64,000 bases of DNA from positions 1 to 64,000 of the forward strand of contig JAWODM010000024.1 of assembly GCA_046483305.1 (NCBI GenBank). Reading direction: 5' to 3'. Made by a program: the position numbers and the translations under genes. Position 1 is the first letter of the stretch. Each line of letters opens with the position of its first letter. Of this stretch, positions 19,686 through 29,800 are shown one piece after another. Below the pieces are notes generated by a model. The model was not told the DNA's origin. It did no database searches and saw nothing but the letters and a program-made list of their open reading frames with translations. The stretch comes from Candidatus Krumholzibacteriales bacterium (GTDB lineage: Bacteria > Krumholzibacteriota > Krumholzibacteriia > Krumholzibacteriales > WJIX01).

Positions 19686-20559
19686 TGTTCTCTCCCTCCG
19701 CTTCACGGAGAGTATCCTCAGGCTGATAAGCTTCATTGTAATAGGCCACTCCAATCTTCTCCCGGAGATACTGGAGAAACTCCTCATAAGCCTGTTCTCT
19801 CTTCTTCATTATCAGATGATTCATTATTTCTCCCTGCACATCTTCCATGTGTATGGTTCCCAGCGCTTCCCTGCTTCCCACCAGTTTGAGTATATGGTAA
19901 CCGAACCTTGATTTTATTATTCCGCTGACCTGCCCCGGCTCCAGTGAAAAAACAGCCTCCTCCAGTTCAGGGATCATATTCCCCCTGGTAAGGTACCCAA
20001 GGTCTCCCCCCCTGCCCGCATCCGGGTCTGCCGAATAACGGTTAGCCAGGTAGCTGAAACTTCTTGAGCCTATCATATTCCTTACCTCTTCGGCCTTTTC
20101 CCTGGAATTCAGAAGAATGTGCCTGACCCGGTATTCCCTGGTGTATTCCCGGCGGTGTTCTTCAAAGTACTGCTCTATCTCCCGGTCGGTGACTCTTACC
20201 CGCTCTCTCATTTCCAGAAAGAGGAGATGATCGGCAAGGAACTCCTTTTCGAGTTTCCGGATTCTCTCTCTGATCCGGGGGTCCTCCTTCAGCCCCCTCT
20301 CCATAGCCTCCTGATATAACAGTTCAATATCCACCCATCGAGCCAGGTAATCCCTCTTTTCCCTCTCATTGAACTCCGCGTTATGGTTGGCGGGCAGAAG
20401 ATCATTTAAATCGCTCCTGTTAAGAACGATATCCCCCACTCTGACGATATCCCCGGGTGAGGGTTCCACCTCCGGTTCAGTCTGATCATCACCGCAGCCG
20501 AGATAGATTAACGCCAGAACAAACACCGCTGCCAGACAACAGTTTTTCCGGCTCTTCAC
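19678..20559 (-). CDS. Parvulin-type peptidyl-prolyl isomerase lipoprotein (PrsA/EpsD-like)
   Basis: Lipobox YLG-C; VRHILL, GGDLGY, FGYHIL. Confidence 0.85.
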   Translation of the reverse strand: MKSRKNCCLAAVFVLALIYLGCGDDQTEPEVEPSPGDIVRVGDIVLNRSDLNDLLPANHNAEFNEREKRDYLARWVDIELLYQEAMERGLKEDPRIRERIRKLEKEFLADHLLFLEMRERVRVTDREIEQYFEEHRREYTREYRVRHILLNSREKAEEVRNMIGSRSFSYLANRYSADPDAGRGGDLGYLTRGNMIPELEEAVFSLEPGQVSGIIKSRFGYHILKLVGSREALGTIHMEDVQGEIMNHLIMKKREQAYEEFLQYLREKIGVAYYNEAYQPEDTLREAEGENNE

Positions 20560-20564
20560 AATCC

Positions 20565-22268
20565 CTATCCTTTATTAAGCCTGCTCAGTTCGGCTTTCTC
20601 CAGATTCTCCTCATTGATTGTGACCTCATACCTCTTGCGCCACTCGGCCACCTTCTTTTCGAACAGTTCATTCTCCTTTTTCTTCTTCAGTTGGCCCTGG
20701 CCGAACCTCCTTGCGTTTTCCTCAGTCAGCGGCTTGCCTTCTTCTATCTCGTCAAGCTTTATCACCACCCAGCCGCGGGCAGTCTTGAACGGTTCCGAAA
20801 TAGCTCCCTCTTCGGGAAGATCGAAGGCGACAACATCAAGGGCTGGATATCTTCCATCCGCGCCCAATCCCACATTTACTTTGGAATTCTTGTCCTCAAT
20901 ATGCTCGGAATACTCTCTTGCGAGCTTTGCGAAATTGGCTCCTTCCCTTGCCAGCCGGGCCGCTTTTTCCACAATCTCCTTATCCGAGTTGAGAATCAGG
21001 GAATAATCCCTCTGTTCCCTGGTCCTGAGTTTATCCTTGTTTTCCCTGATGTATTCTTCCACCTCTCCGGAGGTTACCGTAACGTTGTTCATCACCGATT
21101 CCCTGTAGAGGAGGTTAACCAATAACTCCTCCTTCTTCTTTTCATAAGCCTCCTTTACCGGGGGATATTCAAGGATCTTTAATTCATTCTCCGCATATCC
21201 CGGAAGAACGTCGTTGAAGAATTTCTTGTGCAGCAGATCAACTATCATATACTTTCCCTGCTGCCTCCGAGGCCTGTCCGGAAGCTGCAGGTTATTATAG
21301 ATATATTCGAAATCCTCCAGGGTTATATCCCTGCCTTCATAGCTGGCCAGAAGCATCCCCTTGAATTCATCCCTGAGATTCAGTTTGGGGGCGTTCTGCA
21401 TGGTAACCCTTCCCTTTACTATATCTTCGTTGGGTATGTCCTTCAGGGGAAGGCTGTTGAAGGCGACTTCCAGGCCGTCGGAGTATATCTTGAAATTCAT
21501 CTTTCTCGCGATCTCCTCCTTTACCTCCTTCAGCCTCTTCTCTTCCTCGATATGCCTTACCCTCTTTCTGGTATACTCCATATCCTGGGTCGGCTTGATG
21601 GTTCTCCGGTCATGGACCTTGAGTATACTGTAGCCGTTCTGTACATGAACTACCGGGGTGACCTCTCCCTTTTCGGTCCCGAGCAGGGCCTCTTCTATCC
21701 ACCAGTACATCGCTCCGATACTCATGGTTCCTATCTCCCCGCCCTTATCGGCGGTGGGCGCAATGGAATACCTTCTGGCCATCTCGGCGAAGTCAGCCCC
21801 GTTAATTATCTGTTCCCTTATCCGAACCGCTTCCATGCTGTCCAGCACGGTAATCTGGCTCAGAACGAATTCCTCGGACATATCGTCATAGTAGTCCTGA
21901 ACCATCCTGTCGGTCACTTTAACCTTGTCAGCTATGTAATACTTGGTGAGAGCCTGCACCAGGAACGGATTCCTGTAGGAGCTCCAGAAGCCCACGTATT
22001 GTTCATCCTTGTCATACCCGAGCTCTTTTGCCCGCAGGGCCATCACTTCCTTGGCTATCATATAATCCAGAACCTTCTTCTTTCCCTCTACACTGTTGGT
22101 GTCGGGCAGGTATTCACTGTCTATAATCTCAGCCACCCTTTCGAAATCAGCCGCAGTTATTTCCTTCCCCTCTACGGTAGCGACCACTATCTCGTCCTTG
22201 TCAGCCGGTGAACAGCTCAGGTATATTCCAGCCATCAAGACCAATACCGCCAGTATTTTCCTTTTCAT
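20565..22268 (-). CDS. Lipoprotein with two parvulin PPIase domains
   Basis: MKRKIL..YLS-C lipobox (start 22268); DFAEMARRYS, NFAKLAREYS, ISEPFKT.RGWVVI. Confidence 0.8.
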   Translation of the reverse strand: MKRKILAVLVLMAGIYLSCSPADKDEIVVATVEGKEITAADFERVAEIIDSEYLPDTNSVEGKKKVLDYMIAKEVMALRAKELGYDKDEQYVGFWSSYRNPFLVQALTKYYIADKVKVTDRMVQDYYDDMSEEFVLSQITVLDSMEAVRIREQIINGADFAEMARRYSIAPTADKGGEIGTMSIGAMYWWIEEALLGTEKGEVTPVVHVQNGYSILKVHDRRTIKPTQDMEYTRKRVRHIEEEKRLKEVKEEIARKMNFKIYSDGLEVAFNSLPLKDIPNEDIVKGRVTMQNAPKLNLRDEFKGMLLASYEGRDITLEDFEYIYNNLQLPDRPRRQQGKYMIVDLLHKKFFNDVLPGYAENELKILEYPPVKEAYEKKKEELLVNLLYRESVMNNVTVTSGEVEEYIRENKDKLRTREQRDYSLILNSDKEIVEKAARLAREGANFAKLAREYSEHIEDKNSKVNVGLGADGRYPALDVVAFDLPEEGAISEPFKTARGWVVIKLDEIEEGKPLTEENARRFGQGQLKKKKENELFEKKVAEWRKRYEVTINEENLEKAELSRLNKG

Positions 22269-22361
22269 TCTTCCTCCTTGGTTATATCCCTTACGGGAAT
22301 TTACAAAATGTGCCCCGGGGGGCATGATCATTTAATACCTCCAGACTATTCGGCAACTCCA

Positions 22362-25300
22362 CTACTTTATTAAACTACAATTATTAACAAATAATTCCAG
22401 TGTTTTCAACAGATAATCAAGATCATCCAGCCCGGTTCCGGATAAATCCGGCCCGGCGCTCTTCAGGGCCAGAGAAAATTTGTCGCCGGAACTGAAGGAG
22501 ATCCTCCCCTCGAATGCCTCTACTATTTTCGAGATCATAATTCTGGAAGGGGTCACATCCTTCCGGAATTGAACCTCCATACCCCCGTCCGGCTTGATAT
22601 CCGCCGCCGCGATACCGCACCCGGACGCCCGTATCTTCAGCCCCACCGTTCTGAGAAGGTTGGCCGCCGGAGGGGGAAGCCCGCCGAACCTGTCAATCAG
22701 TTCGTCCTCCAGGTCGGCAAGCCGGGGCAACTCACCTATTCTGCTTATTCTGCGATAAATATCCATTCTCTCCTCGATATCTGATATATAATCCTCCGGC
22801 AGATAGAGGTCGACCGGGGCCCGGATCCCGGCTTCCTGTTCTTTCTCCGCCGGTTCTCCCTTGAGGCTGCTGATCTGTTCCTTGAGCATCTTAGAATACA
22901 GCTCCAGGCCAACCGCATTAATGTGCCCGGACTGTTTATGCCCCAGCAGATTTCCCGCCCCCCTGATCTCCAGGTCCTTCAGGGCGATCCGGTAACCGGC
23001 CCCCAGATAATCGAATTCGCTGATCGCTTTGAGTCTCTTGATTCCTTCCTCTGTGATGGTCCCCCCTTCGGGGATAAGCAGGTAAGCATATGCCTTTCTG
23101 TCGGAGCGCCCCACTCTCCCCCGAAGCTGATACAGCTGCGCCAGGCCGAACTTCTCCGCATGATTGATTATTATGGTATTTACATTTGGAAAATCCAGCC
23201 CGGCCTCTATAATCATGGTGCTGACCAGCACATCGAACTCCCCATTCATGAAACTGATCATCACATTTTCAAGCTCCCTCTCCCTCATCTGGCCGTGGGC
23301 GTGAACGATTCTGACCTGATCCGGCAGCAGCCTCTTCAGGTATCCCTCTATGACTTTGATGCTCCGCACTCTATTGTGCACGAAAAATACCTGCCCCCCC
23401 CGCCCCAGCTCCCTCATAACAGCTTCCCTGATCTTGAGATCGTCAAGAGGAAGAATCTCGGTCCGGATGGGAAGCCTGTTCCGGGGAGGGGTGTCAATCA
23501 CCGATATCTCCCTGATCCCGGATAACGCCATGTGAAGGGTCCGCGGTATGGGGGTGGCGGTCATGCTCAGCACATCCACGCTGGTCTTGATCTTCTTGAA
23601 GGCTTCCTTCTGCTTTACCCCGAAACGGTGCTCCTCGTCCACTATAACCAGGCCCAGGTCTCTGAACTTGAGATCCCCGGAGAGCAGCCGGTGGGTTCCC
23701 ACCACTATATCCGCCTTTCCTTCCCCTATCTCCTTGAGTATCTTCTTCTGCCTGCCCCTGGTTACGAACCGGCTCATCACTACCGTGCTGACCGGAAAAC
23801 CTGACAACCTGGAGGAGATAGTCTCGTAGTGCTGCATCGCCAGGACGGTGGTTGGAACCAGGAAAGCTACCTGCTTTCCGGAAAGGACCGCCTTGAAGGC
23901 GGCCCGCAGCGCCACTTCAGTCTTGCCGAACCCGACATCGCCGCAGAGCAGCCGGTCCATGATCCGCGGCTTTTCCATATCACTCTTGACCTCTTCGACC
24001 GCCTTGAGCTGATGGGGAGTCTCCTCGTATGGGAACATCGCCTCCATCTCCTGCTGCCATGGCTTATCTCTGTCGAAGGCGTAACCTTCGGCCACTTCCC
24101 TGGCGGCGTATACTTCCACCAGGTCGCGGGCGGTTTCTTCGGCGCTCTTCCGCGCTTTATCCCTCAGCCGGGACCATCTGCCGGTTCCAAGTCTGGAGAG
24201 CTCCGGCGCAGCCTCCTCGGCGCTGGTGAATTTCTCAATCATTCTCAGCCGGTCCACCGGTATGAACAGCTGGTCCCTGCCGGCATATTTGAGCTCCAGG
24301 CACTCGGTTCTGCCTTCCTCCGTTTCCAGGACCCTCATCCCCATATATCTTCCCACACCGTGATCCAGGTGCACCACGAAATCACCGGCCTTGAAGTAGG
24401 AGGGGTCGTAAGTAAGCGAGCGGCTCCCGGAGCTCGGTTTATGGTACCCGTGATGGTACCTCCCAAATACCTCTTCCTCGCTCAGAAACATCACTTCCGC
24501 CTCAGGCCAGGCAAATCCCCCCGATATCTCTCCGGAGAGAAAATCGAGGTCCATGGAGACGTCGCCGAGTATCTCTTCCATCCTGTTCATCCGCGACTGG
24601 TTAACGCAGAACAGAAATACCTGCCACCCTTTCCCGGCCGCCCTGCTGATCTTCTTCCTGAGCCGGTCAAGGTCCCGGCGGTAGTTTTCCGCGGGCGAGG
24701 TGTTGAACCTGACGCCGCCGCCGCCCTTCAGAGAGCTGACCCCTATCTTCACGTTGGAGCTGAACACCTGACCGATACTCTCGCCGGAAAGATAGACGGA
24801 TGAGGGTGCGGGATAAAACTTAAGCTCCTTTCTGGAAGCCAGGTACCTTTCTTCTATCTCTTCTCTGAACCTTTCGAATTCTATCTCAAGCTCCTGATAT
24901 CCGGCCAGGACCACCGGGGGAGAATCCGGAAAATAATCCATCACCGAACCGAGATCGTTCATTACCGGGGCGTAATGTTCCATTCCGAAGAAAGATATCC
25001 CCTGGCTCAGCCTTCTCGCAGGAAGCAGGGCCCGGTTTCTGTTCTCCTCCCGCTCTTCCCCGGCCTCCCGTTCAATCATCTCCCGGACTCTGTCTATACC
25101 GTCGTCATTCAACACGATATGGCTGGGGGACATTATTCTGACTTCCCCGACCTCCCCGCTGGACCTCTGGGATTCTATATCAAACTCCCTGACCGATACT
25201 AATCTGTCATCTTCGAATTCCAGCCTGACCGGGTCTTGTCTCCCCACTTCAAAGATATCCAGGATACCTCCGCGCAGCGCGAATTGCCCCTTGGTGTCCA

Positions 25301-25802
25301 CTATGGAGGTTCTCTCGTACCCGAGAGACACCAGGTCTCTGACCAGGCCGGTTACACTGTAAGTCTCATCCCGGGCAACCGTCATTATCATCCCTTTAAA
25401 CAGCTCCGGCTTGAAGACCTTCTTCAGGACCGCCCTGAGGGTAGAAACCAGGATCACCGGTTTTCGCCGGGTCAGTCCGTCCAGGGCTCTCATCTGCATT
25501 CCGGTAAGGTCCCTGTCCGGTTCATGGTAATCGTACGGAAGGACCTCGTCGTCCGGATAGAGCAGCACATTTTCAACCCCGAAGCTCTCCAGGTCGTTGG
25601 CCATTTCATTCATCCCCGCAGGGTCGCGGGTCAGCACCACCATGGAACCGCCGGTATCCTCCAGCAGTTTGGCCAGCAGTATCGCGCTGGAGCTTCCCGC
25701 CAGGCCCGATATCCGAATATCGCCCTTTCCGCTTTCCAGCTGCTCCCTGACCGTTTCGAATCCGGGGAGCCCCTCTATTTTATCCTTCAGGCTGTTCCAC
25801 AT
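22362..25802 (-). CDS. mfd: Transcription-repair coupling factor
   Basis: GDFVVHLDHGVG, CGDVGFGKTEVA, DEEHRFGV, TATPIPRT, QLRGRVGRS, DLEIRGAGNLLG; start MWNS at 25802. Confidence 0.97.
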   Translation of the reverse strand: MWNSLKDKIEGLPGFETVREQLESGKGDIRISGLAGSSSAILLAKLLEDTGGSMVVLTRDPAGMNEMANDLESFGVENVLLYPDDEVLPYDYHEPDRDLTGMQMRALDGLTRRKPVILVSTLRAVLKKVFKPELFKGMIMTVARDETYSVTGLVRDLVSLGYERTSIVDTKGQFALRGGILDIFEVGRQDPVRLEFEDDRLVSVREFDIESQRSSGEVGEVRIMSPSHIVLNDDGIDRVREMIEREAGEEREENRNRALLPARRLSQGISFFGMEHYAPVMNDLGSVMDYFPDSPPVVLAGYQELEIEFERFREEIEERYLASRKELKFYPAPSSVYLSGESIGQVFSSNVKIGVSSLKGGGGVRFNTSPAENYRRDLDRLRKKISRAAGKGWQVFLFCVNQSRMNRMEEILGDVSMDLDFLSGEISGGFAWPEAEVMFLSEEEVFGRYHHGYHKPSSGSRSLTYDPSYFKAGDFVVHLDHGVGRYMGMRVLETEEGRTECLELKYAGRDQLFIPVDRLRMIEKFTSAEEAAPELSRLGTGRWSRLRDKARKSAEETARDLVEVYAAREVAEGYAFDRDKPWQQEMEAMFPYEETPHQLKAVEEVKSDMEKPRIMDRLLCGDVGFGKTEVALRAAFKAVLSGKQVAFLVPTTVLAMQHYETISSRLSGFPVSTVVMSRFVTRGRQKKILKEIGEGKADIVVGTHRLLSGDLKFRDLGLVIVDEEHRFGVKQKEAFKKIKTSVDVLSMTATPIPRTLHMALSGIREISVIDTPPRNRLPIRTEILPLDDLKIREAVMRELGRGGQVFFVHNRVRSIKVIEGYLKRLLPDQVRIVHAHGQMRERELENVMISFMNGEFDVLVSTMIIEAGLDFPNVNTIIINHAEKFGLAQLYQLRGRVGRSDRKAYAYLLIPEGGTITEEGIKRLKAISEFDYLGAGYRIALKDLEIRGAGNLLGHKQSGHINAVGLELYSKMLKEQISSLKGEPAEKEQEAGIRAPVDLYLPEDYISDIEERMDIYRRISRIGELPRLADLEDELIDRFGGLPPPAANLLRTVGLKIRASGCGIAAADIKPDGGMEVQFRKDVTPSRIMISKIVEAFEGRISFSSGDKFSLALKSAGPDLSGTGLDDLDYLLKTLELFVNNCSLIK

Positions 25803-27852
25803 TTTCTCTCCGGCTTCCCGCCCGGCTCTGGGCCAACAGAAGCTCAATAATAAAAACCGCAATGGCCGCCATTATAACAGGCCCGGTTATTTCCTGGCCG
25901 TACCTGGCCTCCCTGATGCTCGCCGATATTCCTTCACCTTCATTTATCACTTCCGGACCGGGCAGCCCCAGAGAATCGGCGAATTCCTCCGGGTTAATAT
26001 ACCGGAGGTTGGATTCCAGGGCGCAATCCGGATTCACCGACATCCTGCCCGCCACCTCCTGTCCCTGTTCCACTGTAATGAAACCGGGGCGCTGAAGCGC
26101 GGATATAACCAGCTCATCTTCCTCTAACCGGTACGATAGCTCAGCTCCGGCGCCCTCCCTGCCTTCCGGTTCGAACAACAGCCGCGCCTGTTTTTCTCCT
26201 GTTATCTTCCATCGCAGCTTCTCTCCCACCAGGGCTTCCGATTCCGGGCCTTCGCTGCCGGCGACGCTCAAAACAGCCTGCTGAACCAGGGGAAGGAAAT
26301 ACGGGGAAAGCACCAGGTCCCCGCCTGCCGCCTCGGGCAGGCAGAGTATAAAGAGCAGTTTTCCCTGCCCCCGCCGTTCCTGCCATATGAAAGGAGTCCC
26401 GTCCTTGAATCTCATTACCGTTGCCCGGCCGGGCACTCCCTCCATTACCGGTTCTATTATGAACCGGAGGCGGGAAAGCTTTTTTATGTCGTCCCTGCCG
26501 AAAGGCTTCAGCAGATCGGGAACCCTGCCCGGATCATGCAGGGTTGCCTCCCTTCTTCTGAGCTCCACAACCGGCGAGAATGAACTTAACATGCCGGCTG
26601 TCTCCATCAGCCCTTCCCGGACGAAAACTACCGCCCCTCCTCCCGATTCCAGGTAATCCGCCAGGATCCGGCGATCTTCTTCCCAGAGCTCCGGACCGCT
26701 TCCCAGCACCACCACATCAGACTCCCTGATATCTTCGCTGGTCATCGATCTCGAACCGGTGACCTTCAGGTCTATATCACCGGCGGGGCCTCCCGGATTA
26801 AGGGCCTTCTCCAGATAAAACCTTTCATCACCGGCCAGCAGCACATCTATCCTTTCCCTGACCCTGATTACGAAGAACCTGCTGTTGTCATACCGCAGCC
26901 TGTCATCTCCAAGGGATACTTCTCCCCTCAGCCATCCCGTTCTGTCCGCCGGGAAAGAGAATTCCTCCAGCTTCCTCTGTCCGGGAGCCAGGCGGACTTC
27001 TCTGTTTATCAGCCGCTCGCCCTCCAGGAAAATACTCACCGGAACAACCTCCGGCTCTCTTGCCGATCCGTTGAGAATGGTCACTTCTATGGAAACCACT
27101 TCCCCTTTATGAATGGCCGATTCGGGCCTCCGGATATCCAGAATCGCCAGATTATGCGAAGAGCTTTCTGTCACCGGGACCATGAAGAGCGAGGTCTCTG
27201 CGGCCCGCATGCCTTCAAACTCATCCAGCCGCCCGTCAACGGCTCCGGGCCCCGCTGCCCTGAAATCGGATATCAGATAAAGCTCCCTGATCTGATAGCC
27301 GCTCTGTTCAAGCATCCGGTAACCGGCCTTGATTCCCCGGGCCAGATCAGTACTCTTCCAGGACTGTTCAATCTTCTCCAGCCTTTCCAGGGCGAACCCT
27401 CTTCCCTTGCCGCCGGTCTCGAATACCTTTTCCGCGTTCTGATCCACCGCCGCCAATATCAGCCTGTCATTATCACCCGATTCCCTGATGACCTCCGCGG
27501 CTACCCTCTTAGCCCGCTCCAGGAGAGAACCGGACCCGCTTTCAAGCCCCATGCTGTAACTTCTATCCAGAATTATACATGTAGCGGCCGGCGCCTTCCC
27601 CGGCACCACCGCTCCCCTTATTACCGGCCGGGAGAAGGCCAGCGCCACCAGCGCCACGGCCGTCATCCTGAGAACCAGCAGGAGTATCCTCCTTAAATTT
27701 ATTCTCTTCATGCTGCGCCGCTGTGATGTCCGCAGAAAGTCCAGGGAGCTGAACCGCACCCGGGGAACCCTTCTGCGGCTGAAGAAATGTACTATCAGAG
27801 GTATCGCCACAGCAGCCAGAGAGATCAGAAATGCAGGATTAAGAAAATTCAT
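25780..27852 (-). CDS. BatA N-terminal / vWA domain membrane protein
   Basis: MNFLNP..AIPLIVH..FSSL; DRSYSM MIDAS; LISDF; ESNL; C-terminal TM helix. Confidence 0.85.
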   Translation of the reverse strand: MNFLNPAFLISLAAVAIPLIVHFFSRRRVPRVRFSSLDFLRTSQRRSMKRINLRRILLLVLRMTAVALVALAFSRPVIRGAVVPGKAPAATCIILDRSYSMGLESGSGSLLERAKRVAAEVIRESGDNDRLILAAVDQNAEKVFETGGKGRGFALERLEKIEQSWKSTDLARGIKAGYRMLEQSGYQIRELYLISDFRAAGPGAVDGRLDEFEGMRAAETSLFMVPVTESSSHNLAILDIRRPESAIHKGEVVSIEVTILNGSAREPEVVPVSIFLEGERLINREVRLAPGQRKLEEFSFPADRTGWLRGEVSLGDDRLRYDNSRFFVIRVRERIDVLLAGDERFYLEKALNPGGPAGDIDLKVTGSRSMTSEDIRESDVVVLGSGPELWEEDRRILADYLESGGGAVVFVREGLMETAGMLSSFSPVVELRRREATLHDPGRVPDLLKPFGRDDIKKLSRLRFIIEPVMEGVPGRATVMRFKDGTPFIWQERRGQGKLLFILCLPEAAGGDLVLSPYFLPLVQQAVLSVAGSEGPESEALVGEKLRWKITGEKQARLLFEPEGREGAGAELSYRLEEDELVISALQRPGFITVEQGQEVAGRMSVNPDCALESNLRYINPEEFADSLGLPGPEVINEGEGISASIREARYGQEITGPVIMAAIAVFIIELLLAQSRAGSRRENVEQPEG

Positions 27853-27860
27853 CTCTTTTT

Positions 27861-28766
27861 TCAGTTCATCTTTTTTCTTTTATTAAGGTACGCGACCAGG
27901 GCTTCGTCGAAGGTGGCGGCCAGAGAGAGAAGGTTGTAATCTATACCGCTGTCCCTGCATTCAATCTCCAGGCGCCTGGTCCAGCCGGTGACTTTCCGGG
28001 CATATTCTGTTTCCAGAAACCATGGCTGGGTCCTGATGGTTTCTCCGGTCTCCATATCCTCGAACTGTACTTCTTTCTTATAATCCAGGTTCAGCTCCAT
28101 GGGATCCAGCACATGAAAAACCAGCGCCTCGTGCCCCCTGCTCCTGAATCTCTTAAGGGTCTGAAGGACCTCATCCGGGTTATCCATCAGATCGCTTATT
28201 ACCACAACCAGCCCTCTTCTGTTTATCCTCTCGGCCACCTCTCCGAGAGCTGAACTGATGCCGGTCCCCGCTCCGGGCCTCACTCTTCCCAGCTCCCTGA
28301 GAATGTGATGGAGATGGCTCTTTACCGACCGGTGAGGGGTCATAAGGGTGATCTTTTCGTCGAACAGAGTCAGCCCCACCGCGTCTCTCTGCCTGATCAT
28401 CAGGTAGCTGAGGGCGGCTCCCAGAAGCGAAGCATATTCCAGCTTGGTGACATCCCCGCTTCCGAAACCCATAGACCCCGAACGGTCGATGATCAACGAG
28501 CAGCGCAGGTTCGTTTCGTCTTCGAATATTCTTATATAGTAACGGTCTGTCCGGGCGAACAGTTTCCAGTCGATCTGCCTGGTCGACTCACCCGGTATAT
28601 ATCTTCTGTATTCCGAAAATTCAGCCGAAAATCCATGATACGGCGACCTGTGAATTCCCGCTATAAACCCCTCTACGATCAGCCTGGCCCGCAGAGCCAT
28701 ATTGGAAAGCCTGCTCACTACCCGCGGATCCAGGAATCTTTCCGAATCTCTCTTTCCGGTGTCCAT
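27861..28766 (-). CDS. DUF58 domain protein
   Basis: GIHRSPYHGFSAEFSEYRRY.PG..IDWK, DRSGSM, ISDL. Confidence 0.92.
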   Translation of the reverse strand: MDTGKRDSERFLDPRVVSRLSNMALRARLIVEGFIAGIHRSPYHGFSAEFSEYRRYIPGESTRQIDWKLFARTDRYYIRIFEDETNLRCSLIIDRSGSMGFGSGDVTKLEYASLLGAALSYLMIRQRDAVGLTLFDEKITLMTPHRSVKSHLHHILRELGRVRPGAGTGISSALGEVAERINRRGLVVVISDLMDNPDEVLQTLKRFRSRGHEALVFHVLDPMELNLDYKKEVQFEDMETGETIRTQPWFLETEYARKVTGWTRRLEIECRDSGIDYNLLSLAATFDEALVAYLNKRKKMN

Positions 28767-28775
28767 CCTTCAACC

Positions 28776-29759
28776 CTACACCTTTCCGGCCGAGACCGCC
28801 TCCATCAGCCTGTCTATCAATTCGTCGGTGCTTACTCCGTCAGCTTCTGCATGAAAATTGGTTACCAGCCTGTGACGCAGAACCGGGTGAGCCACCTCCC
28901 TTACGTCCATTATTTCGGGAGTGGTCCTGCCCAGCATTACAGATCTGGTCTTGGCCGCCAGAATCAGGTACTGCCCCGCTCTGGGGCCCGCTCCCCAGGA
29001 AAGGTATCTGCCAAGCTCCCTCTCCTTCTTCTCCCTGGTCATCCTGACCAGGCTGACGGCGTAATGGAGCACATCTCTGGAGACCGGCACTTTCTTTACG
29101 GCCTCTCTGATCTCCAGAATATCCTTTCCATCCAGAACCGTCTCTGTCCGGGGCAGATCGGCGGAAGTGGTTTTCTCCACTATCTCCAGCTCCTCTTCCT
29201 CGGCCGGGTAATCCACCCTTATATCAAACATGAACCGGTCCAGCTGCGCTTCCGGAAGCGGATAGGTTCCTTCCAGTTCTATGGGGTTCCTGGTGGCCAG
29301 CACAAAGAAAGGCCTGTCCAGGGGCCTGGTCTTGCCCCCCACAGTGACCTCCAGCTCCTGCATCGCCTGCAGAAGCGCCGCCTGAGTCTTCGGTGGCGTC
29401 CGGTTGATTTCATCGGCCAGTACGATATTGGCAAATACCGGCCCCTCGATGAACTTGAACACCCGGTTGCCGGTTGTCCTGTCTTCCTCCAGGACCTCGG
29501 TTCCCATAATATCGCTGGGCATCAGATCAGGAGTGAACTGGATTCTGGAAAAATCCAGGTTCAGGCATTTTGCCACCGTGGAGACAAGCAGGGTCTTGGC
29601 CAGCCCCGGAACCCCCACCAGGATACAGTGCCCCCCGGCGAAAAGGGCGGTCAGAAGCTGTGTTACCACTTCCTTCTGGCCGATTATTACCTTTCCGATC
29701 TCGGAACTGAGAAGATCGTGCGCCCTGGTAAATTTTTCAAAAAGATGCTCTTCATTCAT
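28776..29759 (-). CDS. MoxR family AAA+ ATPase
   Basis: GVPGLAKT, RIQFTPDLMPSD, LADEINRTPPKTQ, EGTYPLPEAQLDRF. Confidence 0.95.
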   Translation of the reverse strand: MNEEHLFEKFTRAHDLLSSEIGKVIIGQKEVVTQLLTALFAGGHCILVGVPGLAKTLLVSTVAKCLNLDFSRIQFTPDLMPSDIMGTEVLEEDRTTGNRVFKFIEGPVFANIVLADEINRTPPKTQAALLQAMQELEVTVGGKTRPLDRPFFVLATRNPIELEGTYPLPEAQLDRFMFDIRVDYPAEEEELEIVEKTTSADLPRTETVLDGKDILEIREAVKKVPVSRDVLHYAVSLVRMTREKKERELGRYLSWGAGPRAGQYLILAAKTRSVMLGRTTPEIMDVREVAHPVLRHRLVTNFHAEADGVSTDELIDRLMEAVSAGKV

Positions 29760-29800
29760 ATTATCATCCCTTGCTTCAGCTTCTGTCCGGCAGTTACCGT

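Noticed and set aside
29280..29300. MoxR reads ATRNP instead of the usual ATQNP
   Set aside because: Single substitution with the Asn retained and all other motifs intact
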